Made by a program: the position numbers and the translations under genes. The notes beneath the pieces are model-generated. The model saw nothing but the letters and a program-made list of their open reading frames with translations. It was not told the origin of the DNA and did not search any database. A stretch of 64,000 nucleotides of DNA from a virus. Taxonomy: Duplodnaviria; Caudoviricetes. The stretch covers positions 1,909 through 65,908 of IMG/VR virus record IMGVR_UViG_3300020156_000026; one strand, given 5' to 3'. Positions 7,886-19,017 of the stretch are shown piece by piece (the stretch's first letter is position 1; each line of letters begins with the position of its first letter).

Positions 7886-10372
7886 ATGGCATCAGCCGAA
7901 AGAAAATTTGCACATAGGAAAATCATCCAGTCCCCCGATGGGTCTTTTGATCTAGCCTATGTGGATGCTAAATCTGGTCAGCCAGTTATTGATCTTTCTC
8001 AGTATACAGTTGTCGATGCTGCTGCTAGTCCTTTTGGTGAAAGTGCCGATGCAGCTTTTGAGTCTACTATGGAAATGGGACAGGGTGGTTTTGCTGCCCC
8101 TCCCCCTTCCGAAGAAGTAGCTCAACCTGTTAAGAAGCGTCTTAAAAATGGTGATGATAACACCATGGACACTTCAAGTCTAGAAGCCCGCTCTGCTGCT
8201 AATAACTACGGATATGTAAATACTCCCGGTTATGTAGACGCTGCTCTTGGTGCGGCTGGCTTTATGGCTGGTCCTGTAGGTGCTATAGCTAGTCAGGCTA
8301 CTAGGGCTGCCCTTACTCATAACAATCAAACGGCTGTTAACTCTGCCCGTCAGGCGATGGGTCTTGAGGAAAAGGGAATTGCTAAGTCTGTAACTAAGGC
8401 TGCTGTTACTGGTGCAAGAGATAACAAAAAGGGTGAAGTCGCAGATGTGTCCATAGGGGGTAATGAATACTCCGTAGGGCTCGAAGCACTTGATGCCGCT
8501 GGTAGGACTACCCTAACCCCTGAAGAAGCCCGTGAGCGTGGTCTTACGAACCCTACAGGTATGAGGGAACTCTCTGCCAAAGAGGCGAAGGCTGCTGATA
8601 AGGTTAATGGACAAAAGACCCCTGGTGTACTCGGTAAACTTACCGAAGCTGCTAAGAGTCTTGTGACTAATCCCTTCTCTGGTGTTACTTCAGTCCCTAA
8701 AGCAGAGGCTATTGCTCCGGCACTTGGTGTATCTGCAACAAAAGACGCTAAGACTAATACTTATACCGTATCTGCTGCACCTACAACTGGTGTTGAGAAA
8801 ACTTCTCTTAATCCTGTTGGTACTGAAGTTCGGACTGGTGATCTTAATCCCAGAGCTATGGCTAATGTCAGTCTTAATATGGGACCTAATCGTCCTAATG
8901 CTCCTACTTCTGATATTGTAGGTAACATTCAGAATACTGTTACTGATGTACTCGGTGCAGACTATTCTATCTCTGTTACTTCTGGTATGGAAGATGCGGG
9001 TGAACAATATGGTAGTGATCGTCATAAGACTGGTCTAGCTGCTGATGTTCAAATCACAGACCCTCAGGGTAATGCCCTCTCAGCATCCGATCCACGTACT
9101 AAAGATGTAGCACAAGCATTCGCTGCTCAGTATGAAGGTAACATTGGATTTGGTACTGGATACATGGGTGGTACTGCTATGCATCTTGATACAGTTCCTG
9201 AAGAGGACCTCTCTCCGGGACAAGCACAGCAGTGGGGAACAGAAGCTAAGGCAATGGCGGGTACTCTTGAAGAGGCTCGTAACACAGGTCTTATGCCAGC
9301 GTCTTATTACGATAAAATGACTGCTAATCCTCCGACCCCTCAGGCACGACCGGGACCTGCTCCTGCTACTCGACCTGAAATGGTCGCCTCTACTACAAAT
9401 AATGCGAAAACTGGACTTACTTCTCCAAATCTTCTTGACGACACTCCACCGAATGCAAGGTCGTTCTCACCTCAGACAAAAAGTCTTATGGGTGTTACTC
9501 TTGCAGGTGAAATTGATCTTCGTGAGACTGATCTCACAACTGAAGAAGGTCGAATGGAAGCCTTTGGTATTATGTCCACTATGGAAAACCGAGCAACTAG
9601 GTTCGGTAGTGTTGAAGCAGCTATTACCGCTGATAAGCAGTATAGCACTTGGAATACTCCACAGGCTGCTCGTACCGCTAACGCTAACTATAAGCGTAAT
9701 CCTGAATTATATGATGCACTTGTCAATGAGTTTGCTGCTGATCCTAGTAAAAACCTAGGGTTCACTAGTTACTATAATCCGACAATTGCCAGCCCAACTT
9801 GGGGGTCAAAAATGGCAGATGCATTAGATATTGGTGCACATAGGTTTGGTACTCTTCCTGAGTATTCCCCTCCTACAACCGCCACAGGTTTTGCTAATAT
9901 GACTGACTATACTGGTGGACTAAGTCAAGCTGTTGACGAGGCTGCTGGTAACTCAATTAACGCTTCAGTTGGAGGTTCTTGGGCAAGTGATTTCGGACGT
10001 AGTTCCGCTTTCTCTGATCCGACTGCTTCATCCTTTAGTGATTTGTCTGGTCGTAATTCAATTAATGCAACGGCAGAAAGCTCTTGGGCTTCCTCTGCTG
10101 GACAAAGTATTGCTTCCACTGCACCTTCGTTCTCTGATAAAACTGAAAGTACTCAAACAAGTACTTCTACTCAATCAGGGACTGACTCAAGGAGTGGAAG
10201 TTCAGGTCGTAGTGATGGATCATCTGGCGCAAGTATGTCCAGTGGCCCTTCAGGGGGAGGTTTCTCTTCTCCATCAACAAGCGGCTCAACATCATCTGGT
10301 CGTTCCTCTTCCGGAAATGGGATGACTGGTACGAGTGGTAATGCTGGTAAAAGTGAAGATAACGAAGCATAA
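7886..10372 (+). CDS. Virion-associated peptidoglycan hydrolase (M15-like Zn peptidase plus SleB/Hydrolase_2-like domain)
   Basis: SDRHKTGLAAD...MHLD (HxxxxxxD...H) and GE...ENR...QYSTWN...YYNP...W...IGAHRF motifs; Ser/Gly-rich C-terminus. Confidence 0.7.
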   Translation: MASAERKFAHRKIIQSPDGSFDLAYVDAKSGQPVIDLSQYTVVDAAASPFGESADAAFESTMEMGQGGFAAPPPSEEVAQPVKKRLKNGDDNTMDTSSLEARSAANNYGYVNTPGYVDAALGAAGFMAGPVGAIASQATRAALTHNNQTAVNSARQAMGLEEKGIAKSVTKAAVTGARDNKKGEVADVSIGGNEYSVGLEALDAAGRTTLTPEEARERGLTNPTGMRELSAKEAKAADKVNGQKTPGVLGKLTEAAKSLVTNPFSGVTSVPKAEAIAPALGVSATKDAKTNTYTVSAAPTTGVEKTSLNPVGTEVRTGDLNPRAMANVSLNMGPNRPNAPTSDIVGNIQNTVTDVLGADYSISVTSGMEDAGEQYGSDRHKTGLAADVQITDPQGNALSASDPRTKDVAQAFAAQYEGNIGFGTGYMGGTAMHLDTVPEEDLSPGQAQQWGTEAKAMAGTLEEARNTGLMPASYYDKMTANPPTPQARPGPAPATRPEMVASTTNNAKTGLTSPNLLDDTPPNARSFSPQTKSLMGVTLAGEIDLRETDLTTEEGRMEAFGIMSTMENRATRFGSVEAAITADKQYSTWNTPQAARTANANYKRNPELYDALVNEFAADPSKNLGFTSYYNPTIASPTWGSKMADALDIGAHRFGTLPEYSPPTTATGFANMTDYTGGLSQAVDEAAGNSINASVGGSWASDFGRSSAFSDPTASSFSDLSGRNSINATAESSWASSAGQSIASTAPSFSDKTESTQTSTSTQSGTDSRSGSSGRSDGSSGASMSSGPSGGGFSSPSTSGSTSSGRSSSGNGMTGTSGNAGKSEDNEA

Positions 10373-10457
10373 CCAAGACTACAAACCCTAAACTTAATCT
10401 GGCTACCTACAACCCCTGACAAAAGGCGACTTGTAGCCCCATAGGAGAAATAATTAT

Positions 10458-11243
10458 ATGACACGTTACCGTAATCCGAAGATTGAAGCTGAGATGAATG
10501 CAGATGAAGTCGAAAAGGAAATCGAAGAAGTACTAGCTCGGCCTGCTGAAACTGTAGAAGATGAAACCTTTAAGAAGAGGTATGGAGATCTTCGTCGGCA
10601 TATGCAGGAAAAGGAAGCAGAACGTCAGCGAGAACTGGAAGAACTAAAGCGTCAGCTACATGCTGCTCAGACTGGTCAAATTCGGATGCCAGCAAGTGAG
10701 GACGAAGTGGAAGAGTGGTCTAAACAGTACCCAGAGTTCCGCTCCCGTCTTGATACAATCATTTCCAAAGAGGTCAAGAAGGCTGTAGGTACTCTACAGG
10801 GTGAATTGTCCAGACTTAAGGAAAGGGACGAGGAAGTCGAAAAGGAAAAGGCTTTTCTTGCTTTGAAGAAGCGTCATCCAGACGTGGAAGATCTCTTCAA
10901 GAAGAATAGTGATTTCCACAAGTGGCTTTCCGCTCAGAGCGAAAGGGATCAGGCAGCTATTTATAGAAGTCTAGACGTAGACGATGCCTCCTTCGTTATT
11001 GAGAAATATAAACTTCAGGCTAAAAAGTCTCCTTCCAAGGTGGAAGATGACCGACCTGCTGCTGCCAGGGTGGTACGCACTGCAAGTGAGCCTACTATTC
11101 CTTCGTCGATTGGTGACTACGAATTTAGTGAGTCTATGATCGAAAATATGTCTACCCGCGAATATGAAGCCAATGAAACGAAAATCATGGACGCTATTCG
11201 CAAGGGCAAGTTCTTGTATGATCTGTCGGGCGGGGCTCGATAA
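10458..11243 (+). CDS. Capsid scaffolding protein
   Basis: Acidic coiled coil with FKKRYGDLRRH; directly upstream of the capsid gene. Confidence 0.8.
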   Translation: MTRYRNPKIEAEMNADEVEKEIEEVLARPAETVEDETFKKRYGDLRRHMQEKEAERQRELEELKRQLHAAQTGQIRMPASEDEVEEWSKQYPEFRSRLDTIISKEVKKAVGTLQGELSRLKERDEEVEKEKAFLALKKRHPDVEDLFKKNSDFHKWLSAQSERDQAAIYRSLDVDDASFVIEKYKLQAKKSPSKVEDDRPAAARVVRTASEPTIPSSIGDYEFSESMIENMSTREYEANETKIMDAIRKGKFLYDLSGGAR

Positions 11244-11396
11244 TCATATAGGCATTTGCTAACACAGAATAAAAGCAAGTGACTACCCATTTATATTAAC
11301 CCCTCTTTGAGGACAACTTAATAATAATGGCCTCTCTTAATGCTTGGATCTGGTTAACTTAACAAATTAATCAATGAAAGCTAAAGGAGATTTAAT

Positions 11397-12440
11397 ATGG
11401 CTTTTCAAAGTGCAAGTGGTTATACCAACCTTCCTAACGGCGCATTTTCGCCGGTAATCTACTCCGCCAAGGTTCAGAAGCAGTTCCGTAAGACGACTGT
11501 TGTTGGCGATATTACTAACTCGGACTACTTCGGTGAAATTGCGAATCAGGGCGACTCGGTCCAGATCATCAAGGAACCTGAAATCGCAATCACCCGTATT
11601 GCTCGTGGTACTGCCATGACCTCTACGGATATCGCTGACGAAGACTTCACGCTGATCATCGACCGTGCTAACGGTTTCCAGTTCGAAGTTGACGACATCG
11701 AAAAGAAGCACTCCCACGTAAACTGGATGGATCTGGCAACGGATCGTGCTGGTTACAACCTTGCTCAGGAATATGACAAGGACGTTCTCGGCTACCTCTC
11801 TGGCTACGAAACCCTCACCCTTGGTGGTGCATGGACTGCTCGTACTGCCGCTGTAGGTACGAAGGCTGACTCGGCTGCTGGCGCGGATGAACTTCTGGCT
11901 GCTAACAAGCTTGACGTTACGGCGTTTAATGCTGCCGGTGTTGCTAATACCTCCATCGCCCTTGCTGCTACTCCGGGTACTGGTGTAGTTACGCCTCTGG
12001 CCCTTCTGTCGCGTATTAACCGACTGATGGATCAGCGGAACGTTGACAAGGAAGGTCGTTGGGTTGTAGTTGATCCGGTCTTCATGGAAGTCCTGATGGA
12101 TGAAAACTCGAAGTTCATGGACCGTGACTTCCAGGATGGCGAACAGCTTTCCAACGGTAAGGTCGCTTCTAACAAGATCCGTGGCTTCCGCGTATACTGC
12201 TCGAACAACCTGCCTTATCTTGGTGATGGTCCTGCTGCTACTGGCGCTGGTTCGCTCACTGACTTTGGTGTTGTTGTTGCCGGTCATGACTCTGCTGTTG
12301 CTACTGCTGAGCAGATCAAGAAGACTGAGAGCTTCCGTTCGCCGTTCGGCTTCCAGGACATTGTCCGTGGTATGCATCTGTACGGTCGTAAGATCCTCCG
12401 TCCGGAAGGTCTGGTACGGGCTATCTACAACGTAGCTTAA
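11397..12440 (+). CDS. Major capsid protein
   Basis: 347 aa; strong AAGGAG RBS; strongly biased codon use; FSPVIYS...DYFGEI...GDSVQIIKEP and DIVRGMHLYGRK motifs; terminator follows. Confidence 0.92.
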   Translation: MAFQSASGYTNLPNGAFSPVIYSAKVQKQFRKTTVVGDITNSDYFGEIANQGDSVQIIKEPEIAITRIARGTAMTSTDIADEDFTLIIDRANGFQFEVDDIEKKHSHVNWMDLATDRAGYNLAQEYDKDVLGYLSGYETLTLGGAWTARTAAVGTKADSAAGADELLAANKLDVTAFNAAGVANTSIALAATPGTGVVTPLALLSRINRLMDQRNVDKEGRWVVVDPVFMEVLMDENSKFMDRDFQDGEQLSNGKVASNKIRGFRVYCSNNLPYLGDGPAATGAGSLTDFGVVVAGHDSAVATAEQIKKTESFRSPFGFQDIVRGMHLYGRKILRPEGLVRAIYNVA

Positions 12441-12451
12441 TTGGCCTAATT

Positions 12452-12486
12452 AACTAGGGGAGGGAAACTTCCCCTAGTTTTCTTTT
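12452..12486 (+). terminator. Rho-independent terminator after the capsid gene
   Basis: AACTAGGGGAG/CTTCCCCTAGTT stem followed by a T-rich tract. Confidence 0.9.
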
Positions 12487-12500
12487 AACGGGGGCTGATT

Positions 12501-12773
12501 ATGACAGACAATAAAAATGATATGTTGGACCTAGAAAGTCGTGTTTCCAAACTAGAGGAATGGAAAATTATGATCGACATTGCTAGGGCTCGGGAAGAGG
12601 TTGATAGAGAGTATATTGCTAAGAGGTTCGATGCACTAGAAAAGAACCTAAATGAGTTCAAGGAGAAATTTGCTTCATCTATTCGATGGGCAGTCTATCT
12701 CGTAATTGGTGCCTTCATTACCTCTTATCTTATGCCCTTTATGTTTAGTGGAAAACTAGTTGGAGTTAACTAA
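12501..12773 (+). CDS. Coiled-coil protein with C-terminal TM helix (possible holin-like)
   Basis: Hydrophobic segment WAVYLVIGAFITSYLMPFMF. Confidence 0.6.
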   Translation: MTDNKNDMLDLESRVSKLEEWKIMIDIARAREEVDREYIAKRFDALEKNLNEFKEKFASSIRWAVYLVIGAFITSYLMPFMFSGKLVGVN

Positions 12774-13174
12774 TGCAATATTCTGTTGCTGTACGAAATG
12801 CTAAGCTAGATGCATTGGAAGCTACTATTGGTCCTAATGCAATTCTAAGAATTTATTCTGGTTCGATGCCAACTAACGTAGCCGCTGCTCGTACAGGAAC
12901 AGTTCTTGCTACAATCAATCTTCCTGCTGATTGGATGGCTGATGCCGTCAATGGTACTGTATCTAAAGCAGGAGATTGGGAAGATGGTTCGGCTGATGCC
13001 AGTGGTGTAGCAGGTTATTTTACCATCTTTTCTTCTGATGGTGTTACTGCTCACAATCAAGGGACAATTGGCCTAGATGGCACGGGTTCTGATATGACTA
13101 TTGACTCTGTGAATTTTACCATGGGTCAACGATTTACAGTTACATCTTTTTCTATAACAGCGGGTAATGCTTAA
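12773..13174 (+). CDS. Putative virion structural protein
   Basis: Ala/Gly/Thr-rich beta-type protein in the structural operon. Confidence 0.65.
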   Translation: MQYSVAVRNAKLDALEATIGPNAILRIYSGSMPTNVAAARTGTVLATINLPADWMADAVNGTVSKAGDWEDGSADASGVAGYFTIFSSDGVTAHNQGTIGLDGTGSDMTIDSVNFTMGQRFTVTSFSITAGNA

Positions 13175-13191
13175 ACCTGTCGGGGTCATAC

Positions 13192-13779
13192 ATGGACGCA
13201 ACAAGATTTGATATTGCTACATTTGACACCCCCGGCTTCATATTCGAACAAGCTTTTTCCCATGTTAACCTAGATGACGATGCTGTAGTCTCTTTAGGCG
13301 TAGTATCTATTCGTTCTAGTTTATCACTTATTGAAGATAACGACACTGTAAACTCTCTTGGTGAATTGCTCATCAGGGGGTTGATGAATTACATAGAAGA
13401 GAATGACTTACTAGAGTCTCTTTCTACTGTTGTATTCAGTTCAGATGTTTTTATTCTAGAAGATGATGACCTTTTAGTTTCTCGCCTCTTCAGGCATGCT
13501 TCCAGTATTACAAACCAACCTAATGGTGATATTTACATTGAAGCATCTGGATCTGGAGGTAATCCGTTTACACCTAGTACAGGCGTAGGTGGTCCGATAT
13601 TTGGTCAAAACTCGGGAGAAGGTCCTGCCCCATTTGTTTATGGGAACGAGGATCTTACCATTATTTTCAGAGAGAATAGTGGAACAAGTGATGGACCATA
13701 TATAGAAGTTGTTGGGGTCGTAAACAAGCCCTTTAGTTTGAATTCTGGTAGTAACCAACATCCATATGAGGAAGACTGA
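13192..13779 (+). CDS. Hypothetical virion protein
   Basis: Acidic repeats of the EDND/EEND/EDDD type; operon context. Confidence 0.55.
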   Translation: MDATRFDIATFDTPGFIFEQAFSHVNLDDDAVVSLGVVSIRSSLSLIEDNDTVNSLGELLIRGLMNYIEENDLLESLSTVVFSSDVFILEDDDLLVSRLFRHASSITNQPNGDIYIEASGSGGNPFTPSTGVGGPIFGQNSGEGPAPFVYGNEDLTIIFRENSGTSDGPYIEVVGVVNKPFSLNSGSNQHPYEED

Positions 13780-14495
13780 TGGGAAGTACTTATCTACAAC
13801 TAACAAATAGACTGTTGCGACGTGTCAATGAAGTTGAACTGACCAACACTAATTTTATTTCTACTCGTGGTATTCACTCAGTCGCTAAAGATTGCGTAAA
13901 AGATGCCGTCAATGAGATTAACCAGCAGAAGTGGCAATGGCCTTTTCTAGCTGTTCAACATACTCAAGTCTTGCAAGTAGGTGAGGCTGAATACGGATGG
14001 CCAGCAGATTTTCAGTCTGTAGATTGGTCTAGTTTCCAAATCGTAAAAAATTCTGTTAATCCCTCTAATAGACACTTAAAAGTAATCAATCGAGTAGATT
14101 GGTATAACCAGATTAGGGATACTGATGAAGATGATGGAGCCTCTGCAATTCCTGACTATGTTTTTAGGACACATGGCACTGGTTTCGGACTGTCACCCAT
14201 TCCTGATAAAGAATACACTCTAGAGTTTAGATATTACAAGAACCCGGTTGAATTGATTACTCATGATAATGAGTGTGATATTCCTAGTGTATATGATAAT
14301 GTCATCCTTTGGGGTTCTCTATATCACATGAACCTTTTCAGAGAGAATGTCGAAGGTACACAAATAGCTGATGCCAAATTTAAAGATGGTATCAAGAATA
14401 TGTACCTCGCCCTTGTTGGAAGTATGACTGAAGGTGTTACAGATACTAGAATTAATTTTGGTGGTCAGCCCATAGTTTCGGAGAAATACAGATGA
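13779..14495 (+). CDS. Tail tubular protein A / head-tail adaptor
   Basis: TYLQLTNRLLRRVNE...WPF...PIPDKEYTLEFRYY pattern; position in the operon. Confidence 0.75.
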   Translation: MGSTYLQLTNRLLRRVNEVELTNTNFISTRGIHSVAKDCVKDAVNEINQQKWQWPFLAVQHTQVLQVGEAEYGWPADFQSVDWSSFQIVKNSVNPSNRHLKVINRVDWYNQIRDTDEDDGASAIPDYVFRTHGTGFGLSPIPDKEYTLEFRYYKNPVELITHDNECDIPSVYDNVILWGSLYHMNLFRENVEGTQIADAKFKDGIKNMYLALVGSMTEGVTDTRINFGGQPIVSEKYR

Positions 14496-16078
14496 TGGAA
14501 GGTTTTGAAAGTCAAAAAGTTATCAGTGTTGGTGGATTAAATTCAAACATCAACCATCTGCAACTTTCTGACAATGAACCCGGCTGTGCTGTAGAACTTC
14601 TTAATTTTGAACCTTCACTTCATGGTGGGTATCGAAGACTTACAGGATTTGCTAAGTTTCTTGCTAATGCCCCCGAAGTAGATCCCGTTGGAGCAGAAGG
14701 AAGAATACTTGCTGTTGCCTTCCTCGGCTCAGATGTAATCGCTGCTAGAAAACAGAAGTCTGGTGACACTTATGAATTTTATATGTCTTCCGGTACTGAC
14801 TGGACTAAGCTAACAACTGGATTGACTCTTAATTCTTTAGGTGTTGATCGAATTCGATGGGCTGAGTTTAACTTTGACGGCACAGATAAAATCATCTTTG
14901 TTGATGGAGTTAATCAGGCCGTAATCTTCGATGGGACAACTTGGACACAAGTAAAGTCTACGAATGATGGTTCCACTTATGCTTTGGCTGGTGGTGATCA
15001 GGTTATTGACAATCCAAAATATGTGGAAATCTTTAAGAACCACATCTTTCTTGCGAGTGATAACCTTGTCGTACACTCTGCTCCCTTGAGTGATTACAAT
15101 TGGACTGTTGCTGCTGGTGCAGGACAACTCCCTGCTGGATATGAAATCAATCAGATTAAGGCTTTCCGAGACAGTTTGATTGTCTTCGGTGTTAACAAGA
15201 TTAAGAAGATTGACGTTTCTGGTGAGACTTTTATTCTTAATTCTGTTACGTCTGATATTGGGTGTATTGCCCCTGACTCAGTTGCTGAATTTAATAGTAA
15301 CTTGATCTTCCTCTCTCAAGATGGCTTTAGGCCAGTTGAGGGAACTGAGAGAATCAATGACTTGGAGTTGAACTCACTATCTCGTCGTATTCAATCCGCA
15401 CTGAATAACCTTTCTAGTACTATTAGTTTGTCTGATCTTTCTTCAGTCCTAATTAGAAGTAAATCTCAAGTAAGATTTTTCTTCAATAACCCCACTATCT
15501 CAGCCGAGGAAACCTATGGTATTCTTGTTGGACTAAGGGACTACCAAGGCAGTCTTCTGTGGGAATGGGCTCAGATGAAGGGTATTCAAGCTTCTTGTAC
15601 TGCATCTAAGTATATAGGGGCAAGAGAAGTTATTCTTCATGGGGATTATGAAGGACGAGTTTATCAGCAAGAAGTTGGTTCCACCTTTGACGGGCACCCT
15701 GTTGACGCTGTGTATACGACACCTTTTCTTGATTTTCAAAATCCTGGTGTCCGTAAGACTATGAGTAAAATTAAGCTCTTTGTACGTCCTGAAGGTAATT
15801 TGAACCTCTTTTGTAGGTTGTCTTTTGACTGGATGGACCCTGAGAAACTTAATCCCGACGCTTATACTCTAGAGTCTACCCTTAGTTCTACGGTTAGTAT
15901 CTACGGTACTGCAATTTGGGACTCTTCTGTTTACACAAGCGCATCAGTTCCTATTCTGATGTCTAATGTTCAAGGTTCTGGGTATTCAGTTCAAATATCT
16001 CTGTCCACCTCTGACACTAACGCCCCCTATACAATTCAAGGGGCACTATTTGAGTTTAATATGGAAGGAAGAAAATAA
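14492..16078 (+). CDS. Tail tubular protein B / nozzle (beta-propeller)
   Basis: GGLN start, IGCIAPDSV and FLSQDG motifs; 528 aa. Confidence 0.75.
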   Translation: MMEGFESQKVISVGGLNSNINHLQLSDNEPGCAVELLNFEPSLHGGYRRLTGFAKFLANAPEVDPVGAEGRILAVAFLGSDVIAARKQKSGDTYEFYMSSGTDWTKLTTGLTLNSLGVDRIRWAEFNFDGTDKIIFVDGVNQAVIFDGTTWTQVKSTNDGSTYALAGGDQVIDNPKYVEIFKNHIFLASDNLVVHSAPLSDYNWTVAAGAGQLPAGYEINQIKAFRDSLIVFGVNKIKKIDVSGETFILNSVTSDIGCIAPDSVAEFNSNLIFLSQDGFRPVEGTERINDLELNSLSRRIQSALNNLSSTISLSDLSSVLIRSKSQVRFFFNNPTISAEETYGILVGLRDYQGSLLWEWAQMKGIQASCTASKYIGAREVILHGDYEGRVYQQEVGSTFDGHPVDAVYTTPFLDFQNPGVRKTMSKIKLFVRPEGNLNLFCRLSFDWMDPEKLNPDAYTLESTLSSTVSIYGTAIWDSSVYTSASVPILMSNVQGSGYSVQISLSTSDTNAPYTIQGALFEFNMEGRK

Positions 16079-17352
16079 TGGGTACTGGTTATACTAGACA
16101 GAGTGCTGCTAATATGATTAGCGGTAACACTATTCTCGCTGCTGACCATAATGCCGAACTCAATCAAGTACAAGCCGCATTCAATGGAACTACTGGTCAT
16201 AACCATGATGGTACTACTGGGAATGGAGCTAAGATTAGTCTTACTGGTTCTGTAGTTGACACACTTCCTATTGAAAGTGGTGGTACGGGAGCTATTACTG
16301 CATCCGCTGCTAGAACTAATCTAGGACTTGCAATTGGTTCTAATGTTCAAGCCTACGATGCAGGACTCCAATCTATCGCAGGATTGACCACTGCTGCTGA
16401 CCGAATGATTTATACTACAGCAGCCGACGCTTATGCTACTACTGCACTTACCCCTTTTGGTCGTACCATTCTGGATGATTTGGATGCAGCAGCAGTAAGA
16501 ACTACTCTTGGCCTTGGCTCTATAGCTACTCTGAATTCTATTAATGATGCTAATTGGTCTGGTACAGATCTTGCTGTTGCCAATGGTGGTACAGGTGCCT
16601 CTGATGCTACAACGGCTAGAACCAATCTAGGCCTTGGCAATGTAGATAATACTTCTGATTTGAATAAACCTGTTTCTACTGATCAACAGGAAGCTATCAA
16701 TACGGCACAAACTATGGCAATAACTATCGCAGCCCCTCCGGGAGCTGTTATGACTTTTGCAACTGCCTCTATCCCATCTGGATGGTTGGCATGTAATGGT
16801 GCTGCTGTGTCGAGAACCACTTATGCAGCATTGTATACTGCCCTAGGTGGTGCAGCAAGTCCATTCGGACAAGGTAATGGGACATCAACTTTTAACGTTC
16901 CTGATCTTGAAGATGAATTTGTTCGTGGTGCAAGTGGCACTCGTGCGGTAGGTTCTGTTCAAACAGACGATATTAAATCGCATACACATACAGCGACTTC
17001 AAGTAGTGACAGTCATACCCATACTGGTACAACTTCTTCTGATAGTCATAGTCATACAGGTACGACAGCATCTTCTGGTTCTCATACTCATACAGTATCA
17101 GGTCAGCGAGGTGGAGGTTGGAATAGCGGAGGAACTCTAGCTTTTGGTGCTTGGGATACTCCTACAGCCGACTCTGCCGCTACGTCATCTTCTGGCGCTC
17201 ACACTCATACATTTACCACTTCTACTGACACCCATAGCCATACATTTACTACTTCCAGTGATAGTCATAATCATACAATCACTGTTAATAGTACTGGTGG
17301 CACTGAAACCAGACCACGTAACATCGCACTTCGTTATTGCATCAAATACTAA
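16078..17352 (+). CDS. Tail fibre with collar domain
   Basis: [13 protein letters not shown] repeats; collar PPGAVMTFA...GWLACNG...TFNVPDL; HTH metal-binding repeats; ETRPRNIAL end. Confidence 0.9.
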   Translation: MGTGYTRQSAANMISGNTILAADHNAELNQVQAAFNGTTGHNHDGTTGNGAKISLTGSVVDTLPIESGGTGAITASAARTNLGLAIGSNVQAYDAGLQSIAGLTTAADRMIYTTAADAYATTALTPFGRTILDDLDAAAVRTTLGLGSIATLNSINDANWSGTDLAVANGGTGASDATTARTNLGLGNVDNTSDLNKPVSTDQQEAINTAQTMAITIAAPPGAVMTFATASIPSGWLACNGAAVSRTTYAALYTALGGAASPFGQGNGTSTFNVPDLEDEFVRGASGTRAVGSVQTDDIKSHTHTATSSSDSHTHTGTTSSDSHSHTGTTASSGSHTHTVSGQRGGGWNSGGTLAFGAWDTPTADSAATSSSGAHTHTFTTSTDTHSHTFTTSSDSHNHTITVNSTGGTETRPRNIALRYCIKY

Positions 17353-17361
17353 GAGGTATAA

Positions 17362-18237
17362 ATGGCAGATTACACTAGACAATCTACGATTAATCCTGGT
17401 GATCCAGTATTTGCCAGTACCTTCAATAATGAATTTGATGCTATTGTAAACGCTGTAGCAACTAAAGTTGACGAAACTGATATCGGTGTCACTGTACAAC
17501 CCTTTGATGCCGATATAGCTAAAACTGATGTTGCACAGACTTGGACTGAAACCCAAACTTTCAAAAGTGCAGTCTATGTTGATGGTTCAACTACAGCATC
17601 TACATCTTTTTATAACGGTGGTGTACGAAAGGGTTATACTGGAAAAGGATCGTCTGGAAATGAAGATATTTACCTTGGGGCTGATATTGGTGGTATTCGT
17701 CTCGTACCCGCCGCTGGTAATAACATAACTTTATCTAATAGTCCAAGATTAATTGGGCTCGGTAATGGTACAGCTTCCACAGATGCAGTTAATAAGGGTC
17801 AGTTAGACTTAAAGCTTGATGCTTCTATATATGAAGTAGGGGTTTTTACTCCAACAATTGATCCAACATCAACGTCCTCTTTTGTACCAACCTATTCAGC
17901 CCAAGCTGGACGATATACTAAAATCGGTCGAATTGTCCATGTTGATGTCTATATTGTAATGGCATCTTTTACAGGTTCGTTTGGTCAAGTTAGAATTGGA
18001 GGACTACCTTTCGGTCGAAATGGCGATACAGTTAGTCGAGCAACAATGAGTTTTGCTTTTTGGGGTGGTTTAGATTTGGGTGCAGGGTATACTCATCTTG
18101 TTGGTTTTATGCAGGATACTGGCAATACAGTACGTCTTACTAAACACGGCCAAACTTCTGGTTCTGGTGCTGTCAATAGTGCAAACATTACTGGTGGACT
18201 AACCTTATATGGTTCATTGACATATGAGGTAGGATAA
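17362..18237 (+). CDS. Second tail fibre / receptor-binding protein
   Basis: YTRQS N-terminus like the first fibre; DAVNKGQLD; GRYTKIGRIVHV...GLPF head domain. Confidence 0.8.
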   Translation: MADYTRQSTINPGDPVFASTFNNEFDAIVNAVATKVDETDIGVTVQPFDADIAKTDVAQTWTETQTFKSAVYVDGSTTASTSFYNGGVRKGYTGKGSSGNEDIYLGADIGGIRLVPAAGNNITLSNSPRLIGLGNGTASTDAVNKGQLDLKLDASIYEVGVFTPTIDPTSTSSFVPTYSAQAGRYTKIGRIVHVDVYIVMASFTGSFGQVRIGGLPFGRNGDTVSRATMSFAFWGGLDLGAGYTHLVGFMQDTGNTVRLTKHGQTSGSGAVNSANITGGLTLYGSLTYEVG

Positions 18238-18716
18238 TGTTAGATACGTATATGTTTGATAATCAAGGTTGTCTACAACTTCGTTATATTGATGATGGAG
18301 TATATCGTAGAGAACTTCGTAAACCGGGTGATAGTATTTCAGATCTTCCAGTTGAAGTTCAAAATGAAGTAAACCTACTTTGGACTCCAGAATATATAGA
18401 AAATTGGCAAACGGAAAATACTCCAGAACCTGTTCCAGAGCCTACTCTTCCACCTGTTACTTTAAAAGAAGTTGCAGGAGTTCAACTGATTGTTGATCAA
18501 GACGCTTGGGATGTGACTGGTGTGGAAAGATCAAAAGGTATCTCAGGGGCAATGCTCATTGATACAGATCTTGTATGGATTTTCTTTACTACACCCCAAC
18601 CTGATGATCTTTACGAAGTTGTACCATCCGTTGGCGTAACGAAATACCCCGAATTTCTGGAGGTATCGCGCCCTAACCTTACAGAAATTAAACTCATAGT
18701 ACAGAGGGTGCAATAA
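18237..18716 (+). CDS. Tail-fibre-associated protein (possible chaperone)
   Basis: Coupled to the fibre gene; PEPVPEP linker. Confidence 0.55.
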   Translation: MLDTYMFDNQGCLQLRYIDDGVYRRELRKPGDSISDLPVEVQNEVNLLWTPEYIENWQTENTPEPVPEPTLPPVTLKEVAGVQLIVDQDAWDVTGVERSKGISGAMLIDTDLVWIFFTTPQPDDLYEVVPSVGVTKYPEFLEVSRPNLTEIKLIVQRVQ

Positions 18717-18717
18717 C

Positions 18718-19002
18718 ATGGGAGAACAAATAATGAAAGTTGTTTATGAACGTGTCTATGCTGGTCAGCTTCGTCTGATTACTGCAACGACTCCCGCAGG
18801 TGATCAAGGGGTTTATGTTAAATCTCTTGTTGGTGCCGGTAATCGTTTCTGGGCATGGCCACTCATCCCACCGGGTAAGGTAATTGGTGCTGATTTCAAT
18901 GATGCTCCAATTTGCTCTGATGATCCCGCTGTGAATAATGTTCTGATTGACTCTATTACGGTTGATCCAGAAGACGTACTTACGATTCAGCCTGTAGTAT
19001 AA
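18718..19002 (+). CDS. Hypothetical protein
   Basis: Operon context. Confidence 0.6.
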   Translation: MGEQIMKVVYERVYAGQLRLITATTPAGDQGVYVKSLVGAGNRFWAWPLIPPGKVIGADFNDAPICSDDPAVNNVLIDSITVDPEDVLTIQPVV

Positions 19003-19017
19003 TAATAGGAGAAGGCC

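Noticed and set aside
11367-12377. 336 aa minus-strand ORF
   Set aside because: Antisense shadow of the codon-biased capsid gene; no RBS or motif. The same applies to 20756..21484, 26175..27026, 38048..38314 and similar ORFs.
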